Positions 26,161 through 36,485 of a DNA stretch of 64,000 nucleotides are shown here, piece after piece. Positions within the stretch are counted from its first letter, which is position 1. Every line of letters begins with the position of its first letter. The translations under genes were made by a program, and so were the position numbers. Source of the stretch: Clostridiales bacterium (GTDB lineage: Bacteria > Bacillota > Clostridia > Oscillospirales > CAG-382); assembly GCA_016286245.1 (NCBI GenBank), contig JAEESG010000001.1, forward strand, positions 460 to 64,459, written 5' to 3'. Under the pieces are notes generated by a model. The model did not search any database. It worked only from the letters and a program-made list of their open reading frames with translations, and had not been told where the DNA came from.

Positions 26161-28695
26161 ATGCGCTACGCAGCGGTAAGACTACTTGGCGTGCCGTACG
26201 GCATAGATAAAGAATACGACTATAATATTCCGCTGCACCTTGAGGGAAAGATACGAAAAGGCGGCTTTGCCGTCGTGCCTTTCGGAGGCGCAAACACCGT
26301 AAAAAACGCCGTCGTCGTAAAAATAAAGGACGAGTCGGACTATAAAAAGACAAAGCCGGTAATCGCGCTTCCTGAGAAAAACGACGGCATAAACGCGGAA
26401 ATGCTCGGACTTTGCGAGTTTATAAGCGAGAGATTTTTCTGTTCCTTCGGCGACGCGGTAAAATGCGTGCTTCCGTCGGGTTTCGGAATTGTCAGAAACA
26501 AGGTTTACAGGCTTACCGACAAAAAAATATCCGAAAATGACGAAGTGAACGGCGCGGCGCAAAATATAACCGGGTATATAAAAAGAAACGGTAAATGTTC
26601 GTCAACCGAGCTCAAAAAGGTTTTCGGGGAAAAGGGGCTTGTCTGCGTGTCGTCGCTTGAAAAACTCGGAATTATTGTCTGCGAAACGCAGTACGAGAGC
26701 ATAATAAACGAAAAAAACGAAAAATACGTAAGAGTTGTTCCCGAAAACGATAAAAATAAAGAAGTCAAACTTACGCAAAAGCAGTCCGACGCGCTTGAAG
26801 CGCTCATACTTTCCGGAGAGGACTGCCCTCTGTCCGAGATAACAGAACAGAGCGGCGTTTCCGCGTCGGTCGTAAAGGAGCTTGCAAAGAAAAACCTTGT
26901 CGAGATATACAATTTAAAGCACGACAGGGCGAAAGACGTTTTTGAAAACTATTCGACGCTCGACGAGGGGGACTTTACGCTGTCCGCCGAACAGAAAAAG
27001 GCGTATGAAACGCTGCTTTCGCTTTACGAAAAAAAGGAAGCCGCGGCGGCGTTGCTTTACGGAATCACGGGAAGCGGAAAAACCAACGTCGTAATGAAGC
27101 TCATCGAAAAGGTGATTTCGGACGGGAAAAACGTTATCGTACTCGTGCCGGAAATTGCACTCACGTCCCAGACGGTCGGCAGATTTGCCGCAAGATATAA
27201 AGATTTCGGAATCGCGCTTATCCATTCGGGGCTTTCCGCGGGCGAAAAGAGCGACGCGTGGAAGAAAATCAAGGACGGGGAGGCGAGAATCGTCATAGGC
27301 ACGAGGTCCGCGATTTTCGCGCCTCTTGAAAACATAGGACTTATCGTCATGGACGAGGAGCAGGACGCGTCCTTCAAATCGGACAGGTCGCCGAAATACC
27401 ATACGAGAGACGTCGCAAAATACAGATGCGTTTACAATAACGCGCTTTTCGTCATGGCGTCGGCAACGCCGAGCGTTGAAAGCTTTTACAACGCAAAGTG
27501 CGGAAAATATACGCTTGTCGAGCTCAAAAACAGATACGGCGGCGCAGAGCTTCCCAAGGTCGAGTTTTACGACATGAAAAACGAGCCGTATTTCGAGTCT
27601 CCCGACGACGCGTTTGCGGGCTTTGACGACGGTGAAGGCGGCGCGCAAAAGGAGCAGAAAGACAGCGCCGAGACGGAAATTCCGCTCATGCTCGGCGAAA
27701 AACTGAATGAGGAAATAAAAGACTGCCTTCAAAGAAAGGAACAGTCGATAATTTTCATAAACAGGCGCGGATACCGCGCGTTTGCGATGTGCAGAAGCTG
27801 CGGCGAGGTTGTAACCTGCCCCAACTGCTCGGTGTCGCTTACCTACCATAAATACGCAAAAGGAAACGGCAGAATGGTGTGCCATTACTGCGGATATTCC
27901 TGCGGCGTGCCGAAAACGTGCGCAAAATGCGGAAAAGACAGAATTTCCTTTGTGGGAAGCGGAACGCAGCTTCTCGAGGAAACACTGTCAAAGAAACTGC
28001 CGGGGGCGCGCGTGCTCAGAATGGACGCCGACACGACGACGGGCAAATATTCACACGAAAAGATACTTTCATCATTCAGAAACGGCAAAGCGGATATTCT
28101 CGTCGGCACGCAGATGGTGGCGAAAGGGCACGATTTCCCGAAAGTGTCGCTCGTGGGAGTGGCGCTTGCCGACACGTCGCTTTTCGTAAACGATTTCAAG
28201 GCGAACGAAAAGACCTTTTCGCTTCTCGTCCAGGTGCTGGGAAGAGCGGGACGCTCGGAGAAAAAAGGTAAAGCGGTAATCCAGACCTATTCTCCCGACA
28301 ACGACGTGCTTTTGTGCGCCGCGTCTCAGGATTACGATAAATTTTACGAAAGCGAGATAAAATTCAGAAAAGCGTCGGTTTTTCCGCCGTTCTGCGACAT
28401 AATAACGGTAGGCTTTTCGGGAAGCGTCGAGACCGACGTTGCAAACGCGGCGAAAAGCTTCGGAGAAGAACTTGACGCGGCGGCGAGAAACAAGTACCGC
28501 GACACGAAATTCATACTTTTCGGACCGTTCAAGAATGAAATATACAAAATAGCGGGAAAATACCGCGTGAGATACATAATAAAGTGCAAAAACGGCAAAA
28601 GAATAAGGCAGATGCTCTCGGAGCTCATCAAAAGCCATATTCCGAAAAACAAAAACGTTTCGGTTTACGCCGACGTAAACCCGACGAATTTATAA
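26161..28695 (+). CDS. priA: Primosomal protein N' (replication restart helicase PriA)
   Basis: Walker A GITGSGKT, DEEQD, and a Cys-rich zinc insert (CRSCGEVVTCPNCS...CHYCG...CAKCG) are present. The start was trimmed to the ATG at 26161 after a GGAGGA RBS. Confidence 0.95.
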   Translation: MRYAAVRLLGVPYGIDKEYDYNIPLHLEGKIRKGGFAVVPFGGANTVKNAVVVKIKDESDYKKTKPVIALPEKNDGINAEMLGLCEFISERFFCSFGDAVKCVLPSGFGIVRNKVYRLTDKKISENDEVNGAAQNITGYIKRNGKCSSTELKKVFGEKGLVCVSSLEKLGIIVCETQYESIINEKNEKYVRVVPENDKNKEVKLTQKQSDALEALILSGEDCPLSEITEQSGVSASVVKELAKKNLVEIYNLKHDRAKDVFENYSTLDEGDFTLSAEQKKAYETLLSLYEKKEAAAALLYGITGSGKTNVVMKLIEKVISDGKNVIVLVPEIALTSQTVGRFAARYKDFGIALIHSGLSAGEKSDAWKKIKDGEARIVIGTRSAIFAPLENIGLIVMDEEQDASFKSDRSPKYHTRDVAKYRCVYNNALFVMASATPSVESFYNAKCGKYTLVELKNRYGGAELPKVEFYDMKNEPYFESPDDAFAGFDDGEGGAQKEQKDSAETEIPLMLGEKLNEEIKDCLQRKEQSIIFINRRGYRAFAMCRSCGEVVTCPNCSVSLTYHKYAKGNGRMVCHYCGYSCGVPKTCAKCGKDRISFVGSGTQLLEETLSKKLPGARVLRMDADTTTGKYSHEKILSSFRNGKADILVGTQMVAKGHDFPKVSLVGVALADTSLFVNDFKANEKTFSLLVQVLGRAGRSEKKGKAVIQTYSPDNDVLLCAASQDYDKFYESEIKFRKASVFPPFCDIITVGFSGSVETDVANAAKSFGEELDAAARNKYRDTKFILFGPFKNEIYKIAGKYRVRYIIKCKNGKRIRQMLSELIKSHIPKNKNVSVYADVNPTNL

Positions 28696-28722
28696 AATAC
28701 GGAGAAACAGAGGTAAAGTGTT

Positions 28723-29202
28723 TTGGCAATTTTGAAAATCATAACCGAAGAGGACGAGACGTTAAGAAAAAAGAGTAAGCCCGTAACCGAAATCACGCCG
28801 AGAATACTCACGATACTCGACGATATGAAGGATACCTTGATTCAGGCGGACGGAGTGGGACTTGCCGCCGTGCAGACGGGGATTTTAAGACGGATGTTCA
28901 TAATAAACACGTCGGTGGAAGAGGGAAAAGCCGAAATCGTGGAATTCATAAATCCCGAGATAATAAAAACGTCGGGAAATCAGCAAGAGGTCGAGGGCTG
29001 CCTTTCGGTGCCCGGAAAGTACGGAATAACGTCGAGACCTCAGAAGGTAACCGTAAGGGCGACAAACAGAAACGGAGAGGAGTTCGAATTTACGGGAGAG
29101 GGGCTTTTTGCAAGATGCCTCTGCCATGAATACGAACACCTCGACGGGATTTTGTATACCGACAATGTCGTTAAAATGCTTGACCCCGAAGATTTTGAAT
29201 GA
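28723..29202 (+). CDS. def: Peptide deformylase
   Basis: GVGLAAVQ, EGCLSVPG and HEYEHLDG motifs are present. TTG start with a GAGGT RBS. Confidence 0.95.
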   Translation: MAILKIITEEDETLRKKSKPVTEITPRILTILDDMKDTLIQADGVGLAAVQTGILRRMFIINTSVEEGKAEIVEFINPEIIKTSGNQQEVEGCLSVPGKYGITSRPQKVTVRATNRNGEEFEFTGEGLFARCLCHEYEHLDGILYTDNVVKMLDPEDFE

Positions 29203-29226
29203 TAATCCTCAAGGAGATAATAATAC

Positions 29227-30171
29227 ATGAAGATACTTTTTATGGGAACGCCTGATTTTGCGTCGGTGTGTCTTTGCGCACTGCTTGCGGATAAATCCTT
29301 TGACGTCGCATGCGTAGTAACCAAACCCGATACCCGTTCGGGCAGGGGAATGAAAGTTAATTTCTGCGACGTAAAGAAAAAGGCGATAGAGGAAAATATT
29401 CCCGTATATCAGCCCGAAACGTTGAAAGACGGCGCGATAAAACCGCTTCTTGAAGAAATAAATCCAGACGTTATCGTTGTTGCGGCGTACGGAAAGATAC
29501 TTCCCGAATACGTGCTTAAATACCCGAAATACGGCTGTATCAACGTGCACGGCTCGCTGCTTCCCGAATACAGAGGAGCGTCCCCGATACAAAGGGCGGT
29601 CCTGGACGGAAAAAAAGAGACGGGAATTACGATAATGTTTATGGAAAAGGGACTCGACACGGGAGATATTCTGCTTTGCGAAAAGACGGATATTCCCGAA
29701 AACATGACGTCGGGCGAACTTTTCGATAAACTTGCGGATATCGGCGGAAAACTTCTCGTAAAGGCTCTGCATGCCCTTGAAAACGGAGAAATCAAGCCCG
29801 TAAAGCAGGACGACTCGCTTGCGACGTATGCCGAAAAGATCGAGGAAAGCGAATGTACAGTCGATTTTGCAAAGCCCGCGCGCGAGGTGCATAACAAAAT
29901 AAGAGGTCTTTCGCCGTTCCCGGGCGCGTATGCGTTTCTTGACGGAAAGGTCGTAAAATTTTACGACAGCAGAGTTGAGGACGCAGACGAAAAAGGCGCG
30001 CTTCCCGGAGAAGTGGTGCGCGCAGACAAAAGCGGGGTGCGCATAATGTGCATCGACAAATGCATAAACGTGCTGAAATTCAAGCCCGAGGGCAAGGGCG
30101 TGCTTTCGGCGCTCGATATGATAAACGGCAGAAAAATCGCCGTCGGAAATAAATTTGAAAATACAAAATGA
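29227..30171 (+). CDS. fmt: Methionyl-tRNA formyltransferase
   Basis: 314 aa. MKILFMGTPDFA and INVHGSLLPEYRGASPIQ motifs are present. Confidence 0.96.
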   Translation: MKILFMGTPDFASVCLCALLADKSFDVACVVTKPDTRSGRGMKVNFCDVKKKAIEENIPVYQPETLKDGAIKPLLEEINPDVIVVAAYGKILPEYVLKYPKYGCINVHGSLLPEYRGASPIQRAVLDGKKETGITIMFMEKGLDTGDILLCEKTDIPENMTSGELFDKLADIGGKLLVKALHALENGEIKPVKQDDSLATYAEKIEESECTVDFAKPAREVHNKIRGLSPFPGAYAFLDGKVVKFYDSRVEDADEKGALPGEVVRADKSGVRIMCIDKCINVLKFKPEGKGVLSALDMINGRKIAVGNKFENTK

Positions 30172-30186
30172 GGAAGAAGGTTTAAC

Positions 30187-30891
30187 GTGTACGATCTTTT
30201 TTATAATTCATCACTCGGAACATATCTGCTGCTGGTGCTTCCCGCCGTGTTTTTTGCGATGTGGGCGTCGGCAAACGTAAATTCGACTTTCAAAAAATAC
30301 TCGCAAATCGTGAGTACAAGCGGTTATACGGGATATGACTCTGCAAGGCGGATTCTTGACGCAAACGGACTTTACGACGTCAAAATCGAGCATATAAGCG
30401 GAAATCTTACCGACCACTACGACCCGAAAGCAAAGGTAATCAGGCTTTCCGATTCGGTATACGACAACCACAGCGCGGCTGCAATAGGCGTTGCGGCGCA
30501 CGAGGCGGGACACGCCGTGCAGCATGCAACGGGATATTTTCCGCTTACAATAAGAAACGCGATTATTCCCGTGTGCAACATAGGCTCGAATCTTGCGATG
30601 CCGCTCGTGATCCTGGGACTCGTGCTCGGACTGCTCGGGCTCTGCTATATAGGAATTGCGGCGTTTGCGCTATCGGCACTGTTTCAGCTGATTACGCTTC
30701 CCGTTGAATTCAACGCAAGCTCGCGCGCTCTTGCAGCTCTTAGGGACAGCGGAAGATTTTCACAGGACGACCTTTCAAACGCAAAAAAGACGCTTTCCGC
30801 GGCGGCGCTCACGTACGTTGCGGCGCTTGCCGTTGCGCTCGCAAACCTGCTCAGGCTGATTGCGCTTGTCAGCGGCGGCAGGAGAAGATGA
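30187..30891 (+). CDS. Membrane zinc metallopeptidase (YugP / Zn_peptidase_2 family)
   Basis: The HEAGHAVQH motif is present along with TM segments. GTG start. Confidence 0.85.
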   Translation: MYDLFYNSSLGTYLLLVLPAVFFAMWASANVNSTFKKYSQIVSTSGYTGYDSARRILDANGLYDVKIEHISGNLTDHYDPKAKVIRLSDSVYDNHSAAAIGVAAHEAGHAVQHATGYFPLTIRNAIIPVCNIGSNLAMPLVILGLVLGLLGLCYIGIAAFALSALFQLITLPVEFNASSRALAALRDSGRFSQDDLSNAKKTLSAAALTYVAALAVALANLLRLIALVSGGRRR

Positions 30892-30894
30892 TAA

Positions 30895-32214
30895 ATGACG
30901 CCGAGGCTTGCGGCGGTACTGTCGCTCAATTCGTCGGTAAAGAACGGGAAATTCATAAATCTCGAGCTTGACGGCGCGATAAAGAAATATAATTTCGAAG
31001 ACAGGGACAAAAGCTTTTTCACAAGGCTTCTGTACGGCACGGTCGAAAGGAAAATCACGCTCGACTATATTATAGAAACGCTGTCTGAGATAAAGACGGA
31101 AAAAATCGACGCGCTCGTGATGTGCGTTCTCGAAACGGGGCTTTATCAGATTTTTTATATGGACAGAGTCCCCGATTTTTCGGCGTGCGACGAGAGCGTT
31201 GAAATCGCAAGGCGGATTTGCAAAAAAGCGTCTGTCGGCTACGTCAACGCGGTTTTGAGGAACGCTGCGAGAAAAAAGGACGAAATAAAGGCGGATATTG
31301 AAAAACTTGACGGTATAAAGGGTATGAGCGTAAAATACGCGATTCCCGAATGGATTTGCTTGTCCTGGGAGAATGATTATAAGTGCGCAGGTAAAATTGC
31401 AAAAGCTTTTGCGCAAAATCCCGCGCGCCTCTCGGTGAGAATAAACACGCTCAAAATCTCGGCGGACGAGTTTATGTCAAAACTGCCCGAAGGTTTTTGC
31501 GCAAGAAAAGTAAACGATTTTATAGTTGAATTTGAAAAAAGCGTGCCGCTAAACGAAATTTACGGCTTCGACGAGGGACTGTTTTTCGTGCAGGATATTT
31601 CGAGCGCGCTTTGCGCGTCGCTCATATCCAAAGACAGCGTAAAATCGGACGAGCCGCTTGTAATAGATACCTGCGCGTGCCCCGGCGGAAAGACTTTCGC
31701 CGCGGCGATTCAGCTTGAAAACAGGGGAAAGATTTACTCGTTCGACCTGCATAAAAACAGACTGTCATTGATAGATAAGGGAACACAAAAGCTGAATATT
31801 ACGTCTGTTATAACAGACGTAAACGACGCGCGGTATCCGAAAGAGGAGCTTTTGGGAAAAGCCGACGCCGTAATGTGCGACGTGCCGTGCTCGGGACTCG
31901 GAATAATCGCAAAAAAGCCCGATATAAGATATAAGTCGGAAGAGGACGTAAAAAGGCTTCCCGAAATTCAGCTTGAAATACTCGAAAACAGCGCAAAATA
32001 CGTAAAAGACGGCGGTTTTATCGTGTATTCCACGTGTACTCTGCGGCGTGCCGAAAACGAGGACGTCGCACGCGCTTTTCTCGAAAAAAATAAGGATTTT
32101 TCGCTCGGAAAACTCGATTTTTCCGATAAAGATGAGGGAATGAAGACGTTTTTTCCGCATATCGACGGGACGGACGGCTTTTTTGCCGCAAAACTCGTAA
32201 AAAACGGCAGATGA
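30895..32214 (+). CDS. rsmB: 16S rRNA (cytosine967-C5)-methyltransferase RsmB
   Basis: It has a NusB-like N-terminal part. The SAM-MTase motifs DTCACPGGKT, DVPCSG and YSTCT are present. Confidence 0.92.
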   Translation: MTPRLAAVLSLNSSVKNGKFINLELDGAIKKYNFEDRDKSFFTRLLYGTVERKITLDYIIETLSEIKTEKIDALVMCVLETGLYQIFYMDRVPDFSACDESVEIARRICKKASVGYVNAVLRNAARKKDEIKADIEKLDGIKGMSVKYAIPEWICLSWENDYKCAGKIAKAFAQNPARLSVRINTLKISADEFMSKLPEGFCARKVNDFIVEFEKSVPLNEIYGFDEGLFFVQDISSALCASLISKDSVKSDEPLVIDTCACPGGKTFAAAIQLENRGKIYSFDLHKNRLSLIDKGTQKLNITSVITDVNDARYPKEELLGKADAVMCDVPCSGLGIIAKKPDIRYKSEEDVKRLPEIQLEILENSAKYVKDGGFIVYSTCTLRRAENEDVARAFLEKNKDFSLGKLDFSDKDEGMKTFFPHIDGTDGFFAAKLVKNGR

Positions 32215-32221
32215 GGTAAAA

Positions 32222-32599
32222 ATGTACGAACTTGAAGTAATCGACGGCGCTTTTGCCGTGTGTAAGCTTGAAAAAGAACGTAAAATCGAGGGGAAAATCT
32301 TCTTTTACGCCGTAACCGACGGCGAAATCTCGCTCGTCTGCAAAAGCGAAGACGCGCCGAAGGACGCGGTTTTGACGGAGGACGGCTGGAAGATGATGAG
32401 AATTTCGGGAAAACTCGATTTTTCGCTCACAGGCGTGCTTGCGAAGTTGTCGGGCGTGCTTGCCGACGAAAAAATCGGGATTTTCGCCGTTTCCACATAC
32501 GATACCGACTATATTCTCGTAAAGGAAAATGATTTGCGAAAAGCAGAAGACTGCCTTTCGCGCGCCGGATATAAAATAAAAACGACTAAAAAGGATTGA
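32222..32599 (+). CDS. ACT-domain (ACT_7) protein
   Basis: 125 aa. The pattern WKMMRISGKLDFSLTGVLAKLSGVLADEKIGIFAVSTYDTDYILVKE is present. Confidence 0.8.
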   Translation: MYELEVIDGAFAVCKLEKERKIEGKIFFYAVTDGEISLVCKSEDAPKDAVLTEDGWKMMRISGKLDFSLTGVLAKLSGVLADEKIGIFAVSTYDTDYILVKENDLRKAEDCLSRAGYKIKTTKKD

Positions 32600-32602
32600 A
32601 AA

Positions 32603-33667
32603 ATGCCCAAAACGGATATATCAAGCCTGCTTCCGCATGAACTCGAAGCGTATCTTGCGGAGCTTTCCGAAAAAGAAAACGTAAAAATCGAAAAATTCAG
32701 GGCGTCCCAGATTTTTTCGTGGCTTGTAAAGGGCGCACGCGATTTTTCGGAAATGAGCAATATTCCCGAAACTTTACGCGAAATTCTCGAAAAAAACGCG
32801 TATATTTCGCTTCCGAAAATAAAGACGAAGCTCGTGTCGAAAATCGACGGCACGGTAAAATATCTTTTCGAGCTTTACGACGGCGAATGCATAGAGAGCG
32901 TTTTCATGCGGTACGAGCACGGAAACACGCTTTGCATATCGACGCAGGTCGGCTGCCGTATGGGCTGTACGTTCTGCGCGTCAACCCTCGGAGGACTTGT
33001 GCGGAACCTTACGCCGTCGGAAATGACGGGACAGATAATCGCAGCTCAGAACGACACGCACGAGCGCGTTTCAAACGTCGTTATGATGGGAATAGGCGAG
33101 CCGCTCGACAATTATGATAACACGGTAAAATTTCTTGAGCTCGTAAATCTTGACAAGGGACTGAATATAGGTCAGAGGCATATTTCGCTTTCGACCTGCG
33201 GACTTTGCGAAAGGATAAAGGAGCTTGCCGACACAAAAACGCAGATAACCCTTTCGGTTTCGCTTCACGCGCCGGACGGCGAGAGAAGAAAGAAGCTTAT
33301 GCCGATAGCGAGAAAATACGGTATTGACGAGCTTATCGACGCGTGCAGGTACTATATCGAAAAGACGGGAAGGAGAATCTCGTTCGAATATTCGATGATA
33401 CATAACGAAAACGACACGAAAGAATGTGCCGAAAAACTTAAAAATATGCTTTCGGGAATGCTCTGCCACGTAAATCTGATACCGCTCAATCCCGTAAGGG
33501 AGCGCTCGTACGAAAAAAGTTCAAAACAGGCGATAGACGAATTCACAGCGGTGCTTGAAAAAGCGCATATTCCCGTTACGGTAAGGCGGAGGCTCGGAAG
33601 CGACATAAACGCGTCCTGCGGACAGCTCAGGCGGGACAGCGCGAAAAACATGCCGGAAAGGACGTGA
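32603..33667 (+). CDS. rlmN: 23S rRNA (adenine2503-C2)-methyltransferase RlmN (radical SAM)
   Basis: The CRMGCTFC radical-SAM cluster motif and a C-terminal GSDINASCGQL segment are present. Confidence 0.95.
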   Translation: MPKTDISSLLPHELEAYLAELSEKENVKIEKFRASQIFSWLVKGARDFSEMSNIPETLREILEKNAYISLPKIKTKLVSKIDGTVKYLFELYDGECIESVFMRYEHGNTLCISTQVGCRMGCTFCASTLGGLVRNLTPSEMTGQIIAAQNDTHERVSNVVMMGIGEPLDNYDNTVKFLELVNLDKGLNIGQRHISLSTCGLCERIKELADTKTQITLSVSLHAPDGERRKKLMPIARKYGIDELIDACRYYIEKTGRRISFEYSMIHNENDTKECAEKLKNMLSGMLCHVNLIPLNPVRERSYEKSSKQAIDEFTAVLEKAHIPVTVRRRLGSDINASCGQLRRDSAKNMPERT

Positions 33668-33674
33668 AAAACGT

Positions 33675-34397
33675 ATGAAAATGTTCGGAAAATCCGATAT
33701 CGGAAAGGTCAGGGGAACAAACCAGGACAGCTTCCGTATCGTAAAAATCAATAAGATGTATTTATGCGTCGTATGCGACGGAATGGGAGGCGCCGCGGGC
33801 GGAAGCACCGCATCGGACGCGGCGTGCGAGGAGTTCGTAAGCAGCATGGCGCTTAAAATAAACGAATCCGGAAGCGGAGAATACGAAAAAATGCTTATCG
33901 AAAGCATCGACGAAGCGAACAGGAAGGTTTACGAGATGTCGCAGGAGGACAAGGAGCTTTCGGGAATGGGAACGACTCTCTGCGCGATACTCACAGACGG
34001 AAAAAAAGTCTGGGCGTCAAGCGTCGGAGACAGCAGAATATACGCGTTTTCAAAAGGCGGCATTTTCCAGATTTCCCACGACCACTCCTACGTGCAGGCG
34101 CTTATCGACAGCGGCACGATAACGGTTGACGAATCGAAAAACCACCCGAACAAAAACATAATCACGCGCGCCGTCGGCACACAGCCGACGATAGAGTGCG
34201 ACACGTTTGTGCTCGACTTTGACGCGCAGGGGTATCTTATCTGCAGCGACGGACTTACGAATTACATATCCGATAATGAATTAAACGAGATTTTTTTGCA
34301 AAATAATGATGCGCAGGATATTGTAAACGAATATATCGAAAGGGCGAACGCCGCGGGCGGCGGCGACAACGTAACCGTAATCGTAATCAAAAAATAA
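33675..34397 (+). CDS. stp: PP2C-family Ser/Thr phosphatase (Stp/PrpC)
   Basis: VCDGMGG, GMGTT, GDSR and SDGL...GGGDN motifs are present. Confidence 0.93.
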   Translation: MKMFGKSDIGKVRGTNQDSFRIVKINKMYLCVVCDGMGGAAGGSTASDAACEEFVSSMALKINESGSGEYEKMLIESIDEANRKVYEMSQEDKELSGMGTTLCAILTDGKKVWASSVGDSRIYAFSKGGIFQISHDHSYVQALIDSGTITVDESKNHPNKNIITRAVGTQPTIECDTFVLDFDAQGYLICSDGLTNYISDNELNEIFLQNNDAQDIVNEYIERANAAGGGDNVTVIVIKK

Positions 34398-34424
34398 TTC
34401 TTTTTCACGAGAGGAGCGGGAAAA

Positions 34425-36485
34425 ATGGACGGCAATTCATTTGACAAGCTTATCAACAGAATTTTAGATAAAAGATACAAAATAGAAAACGTCGTGGGCG
34501 TGGGCGGCATGGCGTACGTGCTCAAGGCAAGGGATCTTGAGAACAACAGAGCCGTTGCGATTAAAATTTTAAGCGACGAGTTCAAGGACGACGAGAGGGC
34601 GGTAAAACGCTTCATCAACGAATCAAAGACCGTCGCCATGCTCAATCATCCGAATATCGTAAAGATATACGACGTCGTGATTACCGATGAAAGAAAATAT
34701 ATCGTCATGGAATTCATCGACGGAATTACGCTCAAAGACTATATAGATAAGATAGGCGTTCTTTCGTGGAGAGAGGCGTGCTACTACGTAAAGCAGATTT
34801 TGAAAGCGCTCTCGCACGCGCACGACAAACAGGTAATTCACAGGGACGTAAAGCCGCAGAACATAATGCTTTTGTCGGACGGAACGATAAAGGTTACCGA
34901 TTTCGGCATTGCGAAAATACCCAACGCCGAGTCGATTACCATGACCGATAAGGCCATAGGCACGGTAAACTATATAAGTCCCGAGCAGGCAAGCGGAACG
35001 AAGGTCGATTACAGAACCGACATATATTCGACGGGCGTAATGCTTTACGAAATGCTTACGGGAAGACTTCCGTTCATTGCGGACAGCCCCGTTGCCGTGG
35101 CGATGATGCAGGTGTCGAACGAGCCGCTTTCCCCGAGGGAGATAAATTCGCAGATACCCGAGGGACTTGAGCAGATTATTCTCAAATCCATGCAGAAAAA
35201 GCCGGACGACAGATTTTCGAGCGCGCTTGCGATGCTCAACGCCATAGAATATTTCACCGACCACCCCGACGTAGTCTTTGCCGAGACGGTGTCGTCGACG
35301 GGCGCGACGGGAGAAAAGGAAAAGAAGGGCGAATACGAGAACAAGGAAAAGAAAAAGAAAAAAATGCTCAAATATATAAGGGGCAGCAGGTCGATGTTCC
35401 CGATTATAGCGGGCATTGCGGCGGCGTTTGTGATTGTCGGAATTGTTTCCGCGATTATCTGGATATTCCCGCTGTTCAAGGGCACGTCGAGTGATAAATC
35501 CATAGAGGACAGAGTTACGACGGCTGTGGATAAGTTTCTTGGAGTTGAGGGAAACGCGACCGCAAACAGAGTGGAAGTCCCCGATTTTGTTGGAATAAAA
35601 TACGACGAAAACCTTGTTTCAAGCATGAAGGAGCAGGGATTTGAGCCTGAAAAAATAAATTACGTAAAGAACGCGAAATTTTCCGCGGGACTTGTCGTAA
35701 AGCAGGAACCCGAAGCAAAGGCGATAAGGGTAAGACCGTCCGAGGACGTGCCGGTGCCCGTAACCCTTTACGTCAATATGGGCGGCGAAGAGATGAAGAT
35801 GCCCGACTGCACGCTCATGCACGTAAACGACGCAAAGAGAATCATAAGCAGCGAAGTTAATCTGATGATGTCGAACGAGCTTGGCGCCGACGCAATAGAG
35901 GTTGTCGAGGAATATCACGACACGTATCCCGCCGAGTACGTAATAAGAACCGTTCCCGAGGGCGGAGATATAGTAAATCTTACGGGAGACGTGAAGTTTA
36001 CGGTTTACGTAAGCAAGGGACAGAAAATAACGAATACAGTCGTTCCGCTTCTTGAGGGAACGAAACTGGAGGACGCGAGAAGAAGCATCATTTCCGCGGG
36101 ACTGTCTTTGGGAAGAATAAATTACGAGGAAAGCAAGACGGTAGGACCGGGCCTTGTAATAAAGGCAAGCAAACAGGAGGGCGAAATCGCGGCAAAGGGA
36201 ATTACCATGGTTGACCTTTGGGTAAGCATCGGAAGCGACGAGTATTTCAAGAGCCAGAGCGAAGCTCAGGGCAATCCGTATATGGGCTACGACGCCGAAA
36301 GCCACTCCATAAGCACGCGTATCGAAACGCATACGCAAGAGCAGAATACGCAGACGCAGCCCGAGCCCGTAACGGGCGGTGAAAATACAGAGCAGACCAA
36401 TCCCGAAAACAATACCGGAACCGATTCGGGAGAATCGGACGTTGCAGGCCTTATCGGAATGAGAAGAGGAGAAGATAATGGCTGA
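34425..36485 (+). CDS. prkC: Ser/Thr protein kinase with extracellular PASTA repeats (PrkC/PknB-type)
   Basis: The Hanks kinase motifs AIK, HRDVKPQN, DFGIA and SPEQ are present. They are followed by a single TM segment and then three PASTA-like units. Confidence 0.93.
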   Translation: MDGNSFDKLINRILDKRYKIENVVGVGGMAYVLKARDLENNRAVAIKILSDEFKDDERAVKRFINESKTVAMLNHPNIVKIYDVVITDERKYIVMEFIDGITLKDYIDKIGVLSWREACYYVKQILKALSHAHDKQVIHRDVKPQNIMLLSDGTIKVTDFGIAKIPNAESITMTDKAIGTVNYISPEQASGTKVDYRTDIYSTGVMLYEMLTGRLPFIADSPVAVAMMQVSNEPLSPREINSQIPEGLEQIILKSMQKKPDDRFSSALAMLNAIEYFTDHPDVVFAETVSSTGATGEKEKKGEYENKEKKKKKMLKYIRGSRSMFPIIAGIAAAFVIVGIVSAIIWIFPLFKGTSSDKSIEDRVTTAVDKFLGVEGNATANRVEVPDFVGIKYDENLVSSMKEQGFEPEKINYVKNAKFSAGLVVKQEPEAKAIRVRPSEDVPVPVTLYVNMGGEEMKMPDCTLMHVNDAKRIISSEVNLMMSNELGADAIEVVEEYHDTYPAEYVIRTVPEGGDIVNLTGDVKFTVYVSKGQKITNTVVPLLEGTKLEDARRSIISAGLSLGRINYEESKTVGPGLVIKASKQEGEIAAKGITMVDLWVSIGSDEYFKSQSEAQGNPYMGYDAESHSISTRIETHTQEQNTQTQPEPVTGGENTEQTNPENNTGTDSGESDVAGLIGMRRGEDNG